64,000 bases of DNA from positions 7,897 to 71,896 of IMG/VR virus record IMGVR_UViG_3300012942_000043, one strand, 5' to 3'. This document shows positions 1 to 9,793 of this stretch, one piece after another (the stretch's first letter is position 1; every line of letters begins with the position of its first letter). Under the pieces are notes generated by a model that saw nothing but the letters and a program-made list of their open reading frames with translations, ran no database searches and was not told the DNA's origin. A program made the translations under genes and the position numbers. This stretch comes from a virus.

Positions 1-1
1 G

Positions 2-142
2 AATCTTCTGAACCTCCGCAGCATGCCTGCTGATGTGATTTCCACCGAGACCTGGAGAACTGCCGAAGAATTGTCGGCACAGCACCTGTCTGACGTCATC
101 TCGCGAGGACCGACGCGCCTACTGGTGTCTGTAACTGATTAA
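2..142 (+). CDS. 3' end of a hypothetical protein, truncated by the window edge
   Basis: Open frame NLLNLRSMPADV...LVSVTD ending at TAA 140-142, followed by a hairpin. Confidence 0.5.
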   Translation, partial: NLLNLRSMPADVISTETWRTAEELSAQHLSDVISRGPTRLLVSVTD

Positions 143-160
143 CAACTGAATCTCCGCTCG

Positions 161-204
161 GCAGTGCCCATCGCCCCTTACGATCCCCCGGCGGTGGGCA
201 TTGC
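161..204 (+). terminator. Stem-loop, probable terminator
   Basis: GCAGTGCCCATCGCC pairs with GGCGGTGGGCATTGC (includes G-U pairs) just after the stop. Confidence 0.55.
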
Positions 205-224
205 TATATGCGTAAGATCTTTAC

Positions 225-449
225 ATGAATCTTATCGAGATCACCAACGAGCGCATCATCAACGCCGACCAGATCATTGACTTGGACGGTTCGAACCCGA
301 ACTTCACCATCATCCACTTGCACGGCGGTCGTACGGTGCAGGTTCCCGGCCACATGCTGACTGTGATGCAGCAAATCGAAGAGCAGATCGAACTCGCTGC
401 TGAAGACAGTGAAACGATGCTGGACAACGTCAAGGCAGACCTGACATGA
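225..449 (+). CDS. Small FlbD/SwrD-like hypothetical protein
   Basis: IINADQI...TIIHLHGGRTVQV pattern; TAAGAT lies 6 nt before the ATG (leaderless). Confidence 0.65.
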   Translation: MNLIEITNERIINADQIIDLDGSNPNFTIIHLHGGRTVQVPGHMLTVMQQIEEQIELAAEDSETMLDNVKADLT

Positions 450-766
450 CTCTTGTAAAGATTGGCCATGACCAGTGGCTGAACCCTGATCACGTCACCG
501 GCGTTGGTGTGGAGCGTGGCGACGTTGTGATCACCATCAGGGGCGCAGCCGACATAGTCGTCGATGATTTCATTGACGATGTGGTGTTGAGGTTAAACGC
601 CCGAGACAGCGCGCTTCCGTTGAAGAAGGTGCTGGAGTACCTCGACAATCAGATTGACTACCTCAACCGACAAATGGGTGAAGACTATTACATCCATGCC
701 AACAGCATCAAGGCAGACGTTCTGAAGTTGGTCAAGAGCTTCGTCAAGAACATGATGGAGCAATGA
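446..766 (+). CDS. Hypothetical protein with FlbD-like N-terminus, paralogous to the upstream gene
   Basis: WLNPDHV...VVITIRG...VV...DDVV; ATGA overlap with the upstream stop. Confidence 0.7.
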   Translation: MTLVKIGHDQWLNPDHVTGVGVERGDVVITIRGAADIVVDDFIDDVVLRLNARDSALPLKKVLEYLDNQIDYLNRQMGEDYYIHANSIKADVLKLVKSFVKNMMEQ

Positions 767-993
767 AGTCTGGCTATGCGGCGGTGATCGAGTGTTCGAA
801 CCCGCCTGGTCTTGAGCTCATTGCACGCGGTGGCATGGTTCATTGTCAGACTGTGCTGGAGAGGTGGGTAACTAAGCACCCACCTGGCCAGTACGACGAG
901 GCGTACGTGCTACGCTACACCCAACGCACTGTGTATGAGCCTGGAGTCGGTGTGTATACCGTCAGTGTCAACACAGGAGTAGGTGGGAGGTGA
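763..993 (+). CDS. Hypothetical protein
   Basis: ATGA overlap, GGAG RBS. Confidence 0.65.
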   Translation: MKSGYAAVIECSNPPGLELIARGGMVHCQTVLERWVTKHPPGQYDEAYVLRYTQRTVYEPGVGVYTVSVNTGVGGR

Positions 994-996
994 CGC

Positions 997-1212
997 ATGA
1001 CTCTGCGATTGGTGCTGGAGTCGGATGACGAAGTTGGTCGCGAGATCATTGAGCTCGTCCAGCATGACAAAGTGTTATTCTGTCAGGTAGCAATTCATGC
1101 CGCACAGTTGTTGCTGACGCGGGCTGCTAAGACGCAAGGTGTCCGTGAGCATTACGATTCAATCCACATGCGTGCGAAAGCGACAAGAGATGCTAAGCGT
1201 GATCGAGAGTAA
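997..1212 (+). CDS. Hypothetical protein
   Basis: GGGAGG RBS, tight packing. Confidence 0.65.
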   Translation: MTLRLVLESDDEVGREIIELVQHDKVLFCQVAIHAAQLLLTRAAKTQGVREHYDSIHMRAKATRDAKRDRE

Positions 1213-1519
1213 CAACAATTGGACAGCGCGCGCCCTGTGCGTAGGTAAGCACGATATCTTCGACGTTGTTACTACCGAAGATGCCCTAGGGTGTCGGGAC
1301 AGCGTTCAGAAACTTAACAAGATGCTGGATCGCGCTGCACAGACTATCTGCGCCACCTGCCCTGTAATCCGGCAGTGCATGGAAGATGCCATCGGCACTG
1401 AAGACCACGGCGTGCGTCGGGCTGGAGTGACGCTACGCAAGAAGTGGGACGCTACCGAGAAGAAGTATGAACACATTCGGCGGTGGCTCGACTATCAGGA
1501 AGCACAAGTCATTGCCTAG
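1190..1519 (+). CDS. whiB: WhiB-family transcription factor, atypical
   Basis: WxxxAxC...CxxCPVxxxC; G[VI]WGG replaced by GVRRAG. Confidence 0.75.
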   Translation: MLSVIESNNNWTARALCVGKHDIFDVVTTEDALGCRDSVQKLNKMLDRAAQTICATCPVIRQCMEDAIGTEDHGVRRAGVTLRKKWDATEKKYEHIRRWLDYQEAQVIA

Positions 1520-1523
1520 GATC

Positions 1524-1754
1524 ATGCAGTGGATATGTCAGTGCTCTGGTACTCACGGATGGACTCTGGACGTTGAGTCAGGATTGTGGGTATGTGCTGG
1601 TTGCCGCTGTCCTAGCTGGCTGTACTATCTTGGTGATGTTAGTCGGCGCCCTCATCATTCTGAAGTTCGCATCAAGCTGCCTCCTAAGATTGACCACAGT
1701 GAGGTGCGAGCGCGAACACAAGCACATAGCAGGGGGCGTCGTGGCCGGTCGTAG
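1524..1754 (+). CDS. Small Cys-rich putative zinc-binding protein
   Basis: CxC...H...CxxC motif. Confidence 0.45.
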   Translation: MQWICQCSGTHGWTLDVESGLWVCAGCRCPSWLYYLGDVSRRPHHSEVRIKLPPKIDHSEVRARTQAHSRGRRGRS

Positions 1755-1914
1755 GCAGTGGTATTGCTCTCCGTGTGACAAGTGGTTCGACTTCAACCAG
1801 GAGTACCGGAAGCTGCATAAACAGTGGCACCAGTTAGTAGCTGACACCTTCCAATCCCATCCAGATTTGCTGGAGATGGACTTGTATTTCGACGAATGGT
1901 ATGTAACACTGTGA
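1699..1914 (+). CDS. Small putative zinc-binding protein
   Basis: GTG at 1699; C..H...WYCSPC; its stop abuts the next start. Confidence 0.45.
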   Translation: MRCEREHKHIAGGVVAGRRQWYCSPCDKWFDFNQEYRKLHKQWHQLVADTFQSHPDLLEMDLYFDEWYVTL

Positions 1915-2186
1915 TGAACGAAGACCTTCTGTTGGCCCGACTGAAGCGGGAGGGGCTGTCTCATGAGCATGCGGTGAAGGCAGTAGTCAACATCATGGCG
2001 GTGCTCAACCACCCGCACCACTTCGAATCCAGTCAGGCTATGCTAGGCGGATTCTTAGCTGAAGGTGTGCGGCGGGCATACCGGAGGTCGCAATGCCTCG
2101 ATTCCCCTACCAGTACGAATGTCCCGCCTGCGGATGGCATGGATGGCACCTCGTACTCGACAGCTATGGCCCAGCTTACGCACTGA
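1914..2186 (+). CDS. Hypothetical protein
   Basis: TGATG overlap; 3' part overlaps the next ORF. Confidence 0.5.
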   Translation: MNEDLLLARLKREGLSHEHAVKAVVNIMAVLNHPHHFESSQAMLGGFLAEGVRRAYRRSQCLDSPTSTNVPPADGMDGTSYSTAMAQLTH

Positions 2187-2269
2187 TGTGCGGTGAGTGC
2201 GGTGATGACATTTCACTGACACTCGACGAGGTCCCGATTCTCGAGCAACAGTTCCTCAGATCAGCCTGA
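2093..2269 (+). CDS. 58-aa zinc-ribbon protein, not in the ORF track
   Basis: GGAGG RBS at 2083; MPRFPYQYECPACG...LMCGECG. Confidence 0.65.
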   Translation: MPRFPYQYECPACGWHGWHLVLDSYGPAYALMCGECGDDISLTLDEVPILEQQFLRSA

Positions 2270-2306
2270 TCCACTACGTCTGTCATCTTTGCTTGATAAT
2301 TAGCAC

Positions 2307-4004
2307 ATGCCTCGCAACGAACCAATTGATGGTATGGACGGACTGCTATCTGCTGTACGTTCTCGCAAATCTACCATCAAAGCTAAGTACATCAACGATC
2401 CTCTGGAGCTGGCCAAGAAGCTGGGCATCAAGCTGCCTGAGAAGCCGCTAGTGGTCATGAAGCGGCTCGGGGTGTACGATCCTGAGAAGCACGGTCCTAT
2501 CACTCCCGGCATCCGAGACTTCGTGCGGGATGTGTGCTCTGGTGAAGTCACCTCAGCAGTAGCAGTAGCTAACCGTGGTGGTGGCAAGAGCTACGGGGTG
2601 TCGTTCATCGAATTCTATCTGGTGTTCATCAAAGACTTCGACGCTCTAAACCTTGGTGGCTCGGAGCTCCAGGCCGACCAGGTGTATCAGTACATCCTGT
2701 CATTCATTGACTCCGATCAGGAGTTCAAAGATATGGTGGAGGGCGAGTCGATTGCGGCCCGCACCATGACCAAGGCCAAGGCATGGATTCGAGTGCTGAC
2801 AGCATCCCAAAAGTCGGTGCGGTCTCCTCACGCTGGCGGTAAGAAGCCTGACGGTCGTATCGCTGGTGGTCTGCTGGTGATCGATGAAGAAGCTGAGGCG
2901 GCGAAGGAAATCGTCGATGCCGCTATGTACACCATCAACACTGCTGACCCATCGGTGAGCGTGCGGTGTTCCACTAACCACAACGTTCAGGGTTCCTTTG
3001 CAGAGCTTCTTGAGAACCATGAAGAGATGGGTTACAAGAAGTACAACTGGGATGCCTTCGATGTAGCCAAGAAGTGTGCTTGCATTGGAAGCTGCCAGTC
3101 TGAAGAATTGTGCTTCCGTGAAGACCACTGGGAAGACTACACCGACCCGGTGTCAGGCGAACCTGCGAGGCGACTGCTGCATCGTGCCTACTGTGGCGGA
3201 CGAGCCATGTACGCTGATGGCTGGATCTCGGTGGCAGAGCTCGAACAACTCTGGCGTCGCGGTAAGCGCAACCACTCTACTTGGGAAGTCGAGGCCATGG
3301 GGTCTCGTCCTACCAGCAGCGGTTATGTCATCCGGGACCTCACTCAGTGGGCTACCAACTTCACTGACGACACTGGCGATCAGATCTTCATGCCTGGCTG
3401 TCCAGTTACCATCACGGTGGACTGGGGCACCAAGGCTACCGGAGTGGAAGTCTGGCAAGAGCAACCTAGCGACACGCACGCGCTGGTGTATGCGGAGCAG
3501 ATTGAAGAAGCTGGTGTCACGCAGATCATGGGTGTGATCCTGGGATTGGTCGAGAAGTACCGTGCCGAGTTTACTGAGGTAGCGGCCGACATCGGCGGTG
3601 GTGGTAACTACCTCAACCCCAAGTTGCGAGATGAGCACCGCATTCCAGTGCGTGATGTTAACTTCGCGGAGCAGAAGGAGTCGTCTGTCGCGGCTCTCAA
3701 TGTGTTCAGCGAAGGCGGCAGCCTGATCATCCCGAGGGAGTTCGACACCTTCGTCAAGCAGTCCCGTAACTGGAAGCGGAAGGACGGTCGCATCCAGAAG
3801 GGTAACGACCACATGATGGACTCGGCGGTGTGTTACTTCGCTAAGTTCATTGACCGGCTCGGACTTAACCACATCCGGGTGCCACCGAGGGCGGTCCACT
3901 CGCACTCTTACGACCGCTCAGCACCGAGCTCAGCGGTAGCCACGCCGAGGGTGGCCACTGGCCGCGTGGCGGTGATTCGTAGCCTTGGACAGCGCCGTCG
4001 ATGA
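2307..4004 (+). CDS. terL: Terminase large subunit
   Basis: Walker A ANRGGGKS, Walker B LLVIDEE, nuclease motifs TVDWG and NDHMMDS; upstream of the portal. Confidence 0.92.
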   Translation: MPRNEPIDGMDGLLSAVRSRKSTIKAKYINDPLELAKKLGIKLPEKPLVVMKRLGVYDPEKHGPITPGIRDFVRDVCSGEVTSAVAVANRGGGKSYGVSFIEFYLVFIKDFDALNLGGSELQADQVYQYILSFIDSDQEFKDMVEGESIAARTMTKAKAWIRVLTASQKSVRSPHAGGKKPDGRIAGGLLVIDEEAEAAKEIVDAAMYTINTADPSVSVRCSTNHNVQGSFAELLENHEEMGYKKYNWDAFDVAKKCACIGSCQSEELCFREDHWEDYTDPVSGEPARRLLHRAYCGGRAMYADGWISVAELEQLWRRGKRNHSTWEVEAMGSRPTSSGYVIRDLTQWATNFTDDTGDQIFMPGCPVTITVDWGTKATGVEVWQEQPSDTHALVYAEQIEEAGVTQIMGVILGLVEKYRAEFTEVAADIGGGGNYLNPKLRDEHRIPVRDVNFAEQKESSVAALNVFSEGGSLIIPREFDTFVKQSRNWKRKDGRIQKGNDHMMDSAVCYFAKFIDRLGLNHIRVPPRAVHSHSYDRSAPSSAVATPRVATGRVAVIRSLGQRRR

Positions 4005-4053
4005 TAATCAGTAGTATCGACTGACTTCCTGTACTTCTAATCAAGGAGCGATC

Positions 4054-4374
4054 ATGGCCGCGAGCATCTGGTACACCGGATCGGCTGACGTGCGCACCAT
4101 CACTGCTGCGGACTGGGACGAACTCGACATCGCCGGTCAGGACACCACGACCACCTGGGACGCTACCAACGGTTGGGGCATTCTCGAATCTGAACTCGAC
4201 GCGGCGGCAGTCACCTGGCTCACCGGGCAGAGCGAATTCACTTCGGCTGAAACGGACCCGCTGTTGGCTTCTCGTCCGGGTAACGGTGGCGGTGAGCTCG
4301 TGGTGCAGTACGCCACGAAGGCTGACATCGCCGCTATCGACACGCGACTCGATGCCCTGGAGAACCCGGCGTAA
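4054..4374 (+). CDS. Hypothetical probable virion protein
   Basis: AAGGAG RBS; acidic; short C-terminal coiled coil. Confidence 0.75.
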   Translation: MAASIWYTGSADVRTITAADWDELDIAGQDTTTTWDATNGWGILESELDAAAVTWLTGQSEFTSAETDPLLASRPGNGGGELVVQYATKADIAAIDTRLDALENPA

Positions 4375-4724
4375 TGACAGCTCCTATCAACCTGCGCTGC
4401 GGGGAGGACTTTTACATCGAGTTCTCCTACGCAGACGCAGAAGACCACCCTATCGTGATCACCGATCCTAAGATGGAAGTACGGTCTGGTCAGGATAGTA
4501 CTTCATCGTTGCTGTACAGCAGTGAGGGTTCTGATCCCAAGATCACCACCACTCAGCCCGCCACCAACTCGGTGCGGTTTGCCATTGACGGTGAGGACAC
4601 AAAGAACGAGCCATCCGTCAATGGCTTCTATGATGTGTACGCCATGGATGCTGATGGCAATTCGGTGTGTTTATCGGGCGGCGTTCAGAGGTTCCAGCAG
4701 ACTGCCAACGTCACCCTTCTGTAA
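4374..4724 (+). CDS. Beta-sandwich virion or fibre-adaptor-like protein
   Basis: GEDFYIEFSY...FYDVY pattern typical of small proteins preceding fibres; TAATG overlap. Confidence 0.65.
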   Translation: MTAPINLRCGEDFYIEFSYADAEDHPIVITDPKMEVRSGQDSTSSLLYSSEGSDPKITTTQPATNSVRFAIDGEDTKNEPSVNGFYDVYAMDADGNSVCLSGGVQRFQQTANVTLL

Positions 4725-4739
4725 CTGAGAGGAAGGGTT

Positions 4740-6632
4740 GTGGCTAACAACCTGCGGGTTACCTATAACACCTACAAGGTGACCGTCACCACCAGTGTTG
4801 ATAGCCAGCCTATCGTCATCTCTGGTGGATTCGTTGAGTCGCTGAGTATCGGTGACGTCACCACGCTTGCTCCCGAAGCTGACGCCACCGCTTCACTAAC
4901 ATTAGGGCCTAACGGTCAGCAGCTGAACCTCGGTATCCCCGGCGGTGCTGGTTCCACTGCGCTGTCCGGCATGACTGATGTGGATCTCACTGACCTGGCT
5001 GACCAGCAGGTACTGGTGTATGATGCTTCTACAAGCTCCTGGATCAACGCCACAGCCGATTTTGGCTCAGGTGGGGACGATGGCTCGTACGACCCGCTTG
5101 GAGCCGCTGACGACGCGCTGAGCTCCGCTAACGCCTACACAGACACGCAGCTTCTGGCGGCCAAGTCATACACCGACGACTCCATCACCGCGCTCAGTCT
5201 CGGTTCGGCTTCTACCCATGCTGCCGAAGACTTCGAAGTGGCAGGAGCTGCCTCAGCTACCCTTAATGATGCTAACAGTTATACCGACACGCAGATTCAA
5301 GGTCTTGATGCCATTTCTGTTTTATACTTTCAATCCGGCACCATGGGACAAGTGCTGACTAAGAATTCTGCTGATGATTTGGACTTCGACTGGGTTGACC
5401 CTGCAGCAAGCGGCCTTGATGATGCCGCTGTTCAGTCGAAGATCGACACATCAATTGATGCTCTTAGCCTTGGCGACATTGTTACTCACAATGATGCCGA
5501 GTATGTTCATGAAGTCGATCTATCGCCAGTTGCTTTTAGTGGATCTTATGATGAGCTGACCGGCATTCCTGCATTAGCCGATGTAGCCACTAGTGGCGAT
5601 TACGGTGACTTGATCAACAATCCGACACTCGGCACCGCTGCAGCGCAAGACTCTGCGTCATTCGCTACAGCGGCTCAGGGAGCTCTAGCTGACTCTGCGG
5701 TGCAGCCCAGTGATCTTGGAACCATTGCTTCACATGCCGCTACTGATTACATTCTTACTACAAGCCGTGCCGTGGCTAATGGTGTGGCTTCGCTTGATTC
5801 AGCTGGCAAGGTGCCACTATCTCAACTTCCATCTTCCATCATGGAATACCAAGGAGTATGGGACGCTTCAACGAACTCCCCATCTCTGGCTGACGGCACT
5901 GGTGGCACTGGAGATGTCTATCGAGTGTCAGTGGCGGGGACTCAAGACCTTGGTTCTGGAATCACTGACTTCGAAGTCGGTGACTATGCAATTTACAATG
6001 GTTCCACGTGGGAGAAGTCTGATACCACAGATGCAGTCTCGGCGGTAGCTGGTCTAGTGGGAAATGTCACAGCAGTTTCGTTGATGACAGAGCTCGGAGC
6101 CGCTCCGCTTGCCAGTCCAGCTTTTACTGATACTCCCACTGCTCCTACTGCTACTGATGGAACCAACTCTACTCAGATTGCCACCACTGCATTCGTTAAA
6201 AACGTTATTATTGGGCCACAGCTTGTGTGGGTGTATGCCAGTGGGACAGCCCAAAGCATTCCGCCTTCAACTTACACTCTCATGGCATACAACACCGTTG
6301 CACAGACTGTAGGAAACGATATCACCTTTGACACATCTACTCACCTATTTACGGTGAATGCTGATGGCACTTATATTCTGTCAGCAGGTAATTTTTGGGG
6401 TGCAGGTGCCGCAGGAAAGAAGTTCCGTCAAGCGTTTCAAAAGAACGGCGCGAGCTACGCTTTTTCAGATACTCCTTCTGACGGTGGTTCGTTCATGCAA
6501 CAAAATTCGGCTCCGACTTACTGTAGCGCGGGCGACACGCTAGGCATGCTTGTATATCAAGGTGAGACAGTTGCGATAACGAGTGCTGTTGGACCTGCAT
6601 ATACTTGGGCTAGTCTTACCCGTATTGGATAG
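4740..6632 (+). CDS. Fibre/spike-like virion protein 1 with C1q/TNF-like C-terminal domain
   Basis: Shaft motifs LGxxATH, ANxYTD, GVASLDSAGKVP, PAFTxTPTAPT; C-terminal FDTSTHLFTVNADGTY. Confidence 0.8.
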   Translation: MANNLRVTYNTYKVTVTTSVDSQPIVISGGFVESLSIGDVTTLAPEADATASLTLGPNGQQLNLGIPGGAGSTALSGMTDVDLTDLADQQVLVYDASTSSWINATADFGSGGDDGSYDPLGAADDALSSANAYTDTQLLAAKSYTDDSITALSLGSASTHAAEDFEVAGAASATLNDANSYTDTQIQGLDAISVLYFQSGTMGQVLTKNSADDLDFDWVDPAASGLDDAAVQSKIDTSIDALSLGDIVTHNDAEYVHEVDLSPVAFSGSYDELTGIPALADVATSGDYGDLINNPTLGTAAAQDSASFATAAQGALADSAVQPSDLGTIASHAATDYILTTSRAVANGVASLDSAGKVPLSQLPSSIMEYQGVWDASTNSPSLADGTGGTGDVYRVSVAGTQDLGSGITDFEVGDYAIYNGSTWEKSDTTDAVSAVAGLVGNVTAVSLMTELGAAPLASPAFTDTPTAPTATDGTNSTQIATTAFVKNVIIGPQLVWVYASGTAQSIPPSTYTLMAYNTVAQTVGNDITFDTSTHLFTVNADGTYILSAGNFWGAGAAGKKFRQAFQKNGASYAFSDTPSDGGSFMQQNSAPTYCSAGDTLGMLVYQGETVAITSAVGPAYTWASLTRIG

Positions 6633-6652
6633 CCTTGAAATGGGAGATACAC

Positions 6653-8131
6653 ATGCCTGACGTAAATGTGAATGTTGGGGTAACACAGAACAAAATCACT
6701 GTCATCACTAGCAGTGACGATAAGATCACAGTGATCTCTGGAGGTTTTGTTTCTTCGCTAGGTATCGGTACAGTAAGTACTTTGGCTCCTGATGCTGATG
6801 CTACTGCCACGATCACTAACGAAGACGGCGGTCCTAAGCTCAACATCGGGATTCCTGGTGGCTCAGGCTCTACTTCATTGGCGGGGCTTACCGATGTCGA
6901 AATCACTGCACCGGATGACAGTCAGATTCTGCAATACAACCTAGAGCAAGACAAGTGGCTCAACACTACGGTTAGCTTCGATGCCAGCACACAGATCTCG
7001 GATGCTATCAATGCGCTCAATCTCGGCGATGTGGCAACGCATGACGCTGCGGAATTTACCACTCCTGACCAAGTGAGCACCGCAATCAGCGACTTTGTGA
7101 CTGCTCTCAGCTTCGGAGATATCATCACGCACGATGTTGCAGATTTTGATCCTGCTGGAGCAGCCACTTCTGCAGCAGATGCTGCTCTTTCAGAAGCAAA
7201 TTCATATACTGATACTGCAATTTCAGAATTGGGTTCTTCTGGAGCAAGTGGATACGACATTTACAGCTACGACGATTTCATAACTGGTGATACTAGTCTT
7301 TCGGGCAATGTCCAACTTCCATCCGGCTTGTCCTTGGTTGAATTTGACCTTATCGCTGCTGGCGGTGGAGGAGCTAGTGGTAGTAATAGCGGTTCCGAAA
7401 ATGTGACCGGCTACGGCGGTGGCCCTGGAGGTTGTGGAGGGAGGATGATTAGAAAAGTTCATCTTGACCCTTCATTGCAATACAACATCAATTACCATGT
7501 TGGAATGGGTGGTGCCGGAGGACTTCCTAACAGCACTATTCCAAGTGTTGCTACTAGTTACCAATATGGAAACAATGGTGGACAAGGAAGCAATTCAAAT
7601 ATTTCTATAACCAAAAGCGGTGGGTTGTCGGTCTATTCATTTGGTGTTTCTGGAGGAGCGGGTGGTCAATTTGGTCAACCAGGTCGTCCATATAACGCTT
7701 ATATAGTTCCTGGAAATATAAATTACAACTATGTTGTTACAACTTCTAATGTATATAACACTTTTGTAGTTGGCCCAGGATATGGTTATTACGTAGCTTT
7801 TGGACAAGAATGGAGTGACCATCCACCAATTTATCCAACAGACTACGGATCTATGCCGGGTGTTGCTGGAGGGCATTCCAACAACGGTGTTAATGGCGGA
7901 AGTGGTGGTCCTCGGACAAATTCCCATGATGGCTATGCTTTTTCTGGAAGCGATTATTACGGCTTGTGCAATTCGGCCAGTGACATTAACGGAGAAGACG
8001 GGGCTGTGCTCACGAACACTTACGGACCCGGAGCTGGAGGCAATGGCGGCGGTGCAGGAGCCTCTGGAGGTATAGGCGGTGCTGGTAGTCGCGGCAACAA
8101 TGGCCTCATTGTCGTTAGATATCTTGGATAA
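6653..8131 (+). CDS. Fibre-like virion protein 2 with glycine-rich C-terminal domain
   Basis: N-terminal ~100 aa paralogous to the upstream gene; GGGGASG/GGAGG runs; GGGAG RBS. Confidence 0.8.
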   Translation: MPDVNVNVGVTQNKITVITSSDDKITVISGGFVSSLGIGTVSTLAPDADATATITNEDGGPKLNIGIPGGSGSTSLAGLTDVEITAPDDSQILQYNLEQDKWLNTTVSFDASTQISDAINALNLGDVATHDAAEFTTPDQVSTAISDFVTALSFGDIITHDVADFDPAGAATSAADAALSEANSYTDTAISELGSSGASGYDIYSYDDFITGDTSLSGNVQLPSGLSLVEFDLIAAGGGGASGSNSGSENVTGYGGGPGGCGGRMIRKVHLDPSLQYNINYHVGMGGAGGLPNSTIPSVATSYQYGNNGGQGSNSNISITKSGGLSVYSFGVSGGAGGQFGQPGRPYNAYIVPGNINYNYVVTTSNVYNTFVVGPGYGYYVAFGQEWSDHPPIYPTDYGSMPGVAGGHSNNGVNGGSGGPRTNSHDGYAFSGSDYYGLCNSASDINGEDGAVLTNTYGPGAGGNGGGAGASGGIGGAGSRGNNGLIVVRYLG

Positions 8132-9633
8132 TGCCTAACATGACTGTTTCCTCTCTGACATCTCGCGCCGTTGACGCTGTGAGCGGTGTGTTCCGCGCTC
8201 AGGGAGCTCGCGGCGTGAAGTCGCCGGTCCACTCAGCGGTACTGGGACCTGGCAGCAACTACTCTGCGTTCGCCACCATCAACTCGGTGTATAACTCGTA
8301 CGAGCCACTGGCATACAAGCTTCCGTGGGAAGTGCTGGACTGGTGCGAGATGCTTAGCACCTACAACTCCGACTTCGCGCAGGCGGTGGACAACGTCCGT
8401 ACGCTGGCCAACAGCGGTCACGAGTTGTTCGTCGCTGCTGGTTCTGATCTGGCGACCAAGCGGGTGAAGGACTACCTGGAAGAGTTCGCTAGGACGGTGC
8501 AGGAACGCAACGGTGGCGTGGATGGACTGGTAGACAAGCTGCTGGACCAGGCCGCTACCTACGGTGCTATGTGCGGTGAGTGGATTCTCAGCGAAGACAT
8601 GAGTGAGGTGGTGGACTTCGCGGACATCAACCCGAAGTCGATCCGCTTCTTCTGGAACGAGTCCACCCAGAACTTCGATCCTTACCAGAAAGTCACTGCA
8701 CTCCAGGCTCAGCAGGTACCGCAAGATCGCGTGATCCAGTCTTGCGTGAAGTTGAACCAGATGACGTTCCACTACTTCGCATTCGACGCGGCTCCGCAGT
8801 CACCTTACGGTACACCTCCGTTCATCTCAGCGTTGGAACCGATCGGCATCCAGCGTGACATGATCGCCAACATGAGCCAGATCGTCAAGAAGATCGGTCT
8901 GCTCGGTTTGATCGACCTGGCGGTCGAGCGGCTGCCTCCGAAGCCTGGCGAGACAGACGAGCAGTACGCGGCTCGCGCTGGTGGCTATCTGGACAGCTAC
9001 GTTGAGGCCGCTGAGCAGATGGTGCGCGATGGTGGTATGGTGCACTTCGATGATGTCATCATCAAGTCTACCAACGTAGCAGGTAATGCTGCAGGTGCTA
9101 CCAACATCTTCAAGCAGAACGAAGAGCAGGTGTTCTCTGGTTTGAAGTCGATGCCGTCCATCCAGGGTCGGTCGTATTCCACGACTGAGACCTACGCTGG
9201 TGTTGCTTACGATATCATGATTCGCAACACCAATCGTTACCAGCGTGCCTGCAAGCGGATGATTGAGTCCGGCTATTGGTTGGCCAGTGGATTGGCTAAG
9301 TATCAACCTAAGTCGATTTCCATCAGCTTCCACGACAACAAGACGCTACACCGGCTGCAGGATGCTCAGGCTACGGCTCTGGAGATCAAGAACGCGGCTC
9401 TGTTGTGGAAGTCTGGAGTGATTAACCAGACCGGATTTGCGCAGCTGAACGGGTACTCCAACATTGACACTCCGTTGGAAGAAGTGCCGGATGAGCTCAT
9501 CGGAGGTAAGGGGGCAGACCTCAACTCTGGTGACAACGAAGACCAAGGCAACCAGTCGCTGGATGACACTGGCGGTGGCAAGCCTAACAACCAGAACAAC
9601 AACTCGGTTCGTTCATTTGACGATGAGGACTGA
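8131..9633 (+). CDS. Portal protein
   Basis: Position and size (500 aa); YG..CGEW, INPKSIRF, SPYGTPP motifs. Confidence 0.85.
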   Translation: MPNMTVSSLTSRAVDAVSGVFRAQGARGVKSPVHSAVLGPGSNYSAFATINSVYNSYEPLAYKLPWEVLDWCEMLSTYNSDFAQAVDNVRTLANSGHELFVAAGSDLATKRVKDYLEEFARTVQERNGGVDGLVDKLLDQAATYGAMCGEWILSEDMSEVVDFADINPKSIRFFWNESTQNFDPYQKVTALQAQQVPQDRVIQSCVKLNQMTFHYFAFDAAPQSPYGTPPFISALEPIGIQRDMIANMSQIVKKIGLLGLIDLAVERLPPKPGETDEQYAARAGGYLDSYVEAAEQMVRDGGMVHFDDVIIKSTNVAGNAAGATNIFKQNEEQVFSGLKSMPSIQGRSYSTTETYAGVAYDIMIRNTNRYQRACKRMIESGYWLASGLAKYQPKSISISFHDNKTLHRLQDAQATALEIKNAALLWKSGVINQTGFAQLNGYSNIDTPLEEVPDELIGGKGADLNSGDNEDQGNQSLDDTGGGKPNNQNNNSVRSFDDED

Positions 9634-9658
9634 CGAGTGCTCCAAGATTGGAGTGATG

Positions 9659-9793
9659 ATGTCTGACAATAAAGACAAAGATCCTGATGACAAGCAGGAA
9701 CAGGATCAGGAAAACAAGCCCACCAAGCGTGTACCGCCTCGGGGCAAGCAGTTCGGCGGTCGTGGTGTCGAGAAGCGCGGAGGAACGAAATGA
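9659..9793 (+). CDS. Small charged hypothetical protein
   Basis: GGAG RBS; ATGA overlap with the protease gene. Confidence 0.55.
   Translation: MSDNKDKDPDDKQEQDQENKPTKRVPPRGKQFGGRGVEKRGGTK

Noticed and set aside
1..2300. Terminase small subunit upstream of terL
   Set aside because: No ORF here is recognisable as TerS; it may lie outside the window.
7200..8131. Asn/Tyr-rich, AT-rich fibre tip as a diversity-generating retroelement target
   Set aside because: No reverse transcriptase and no template/variable repeat pair in the window.
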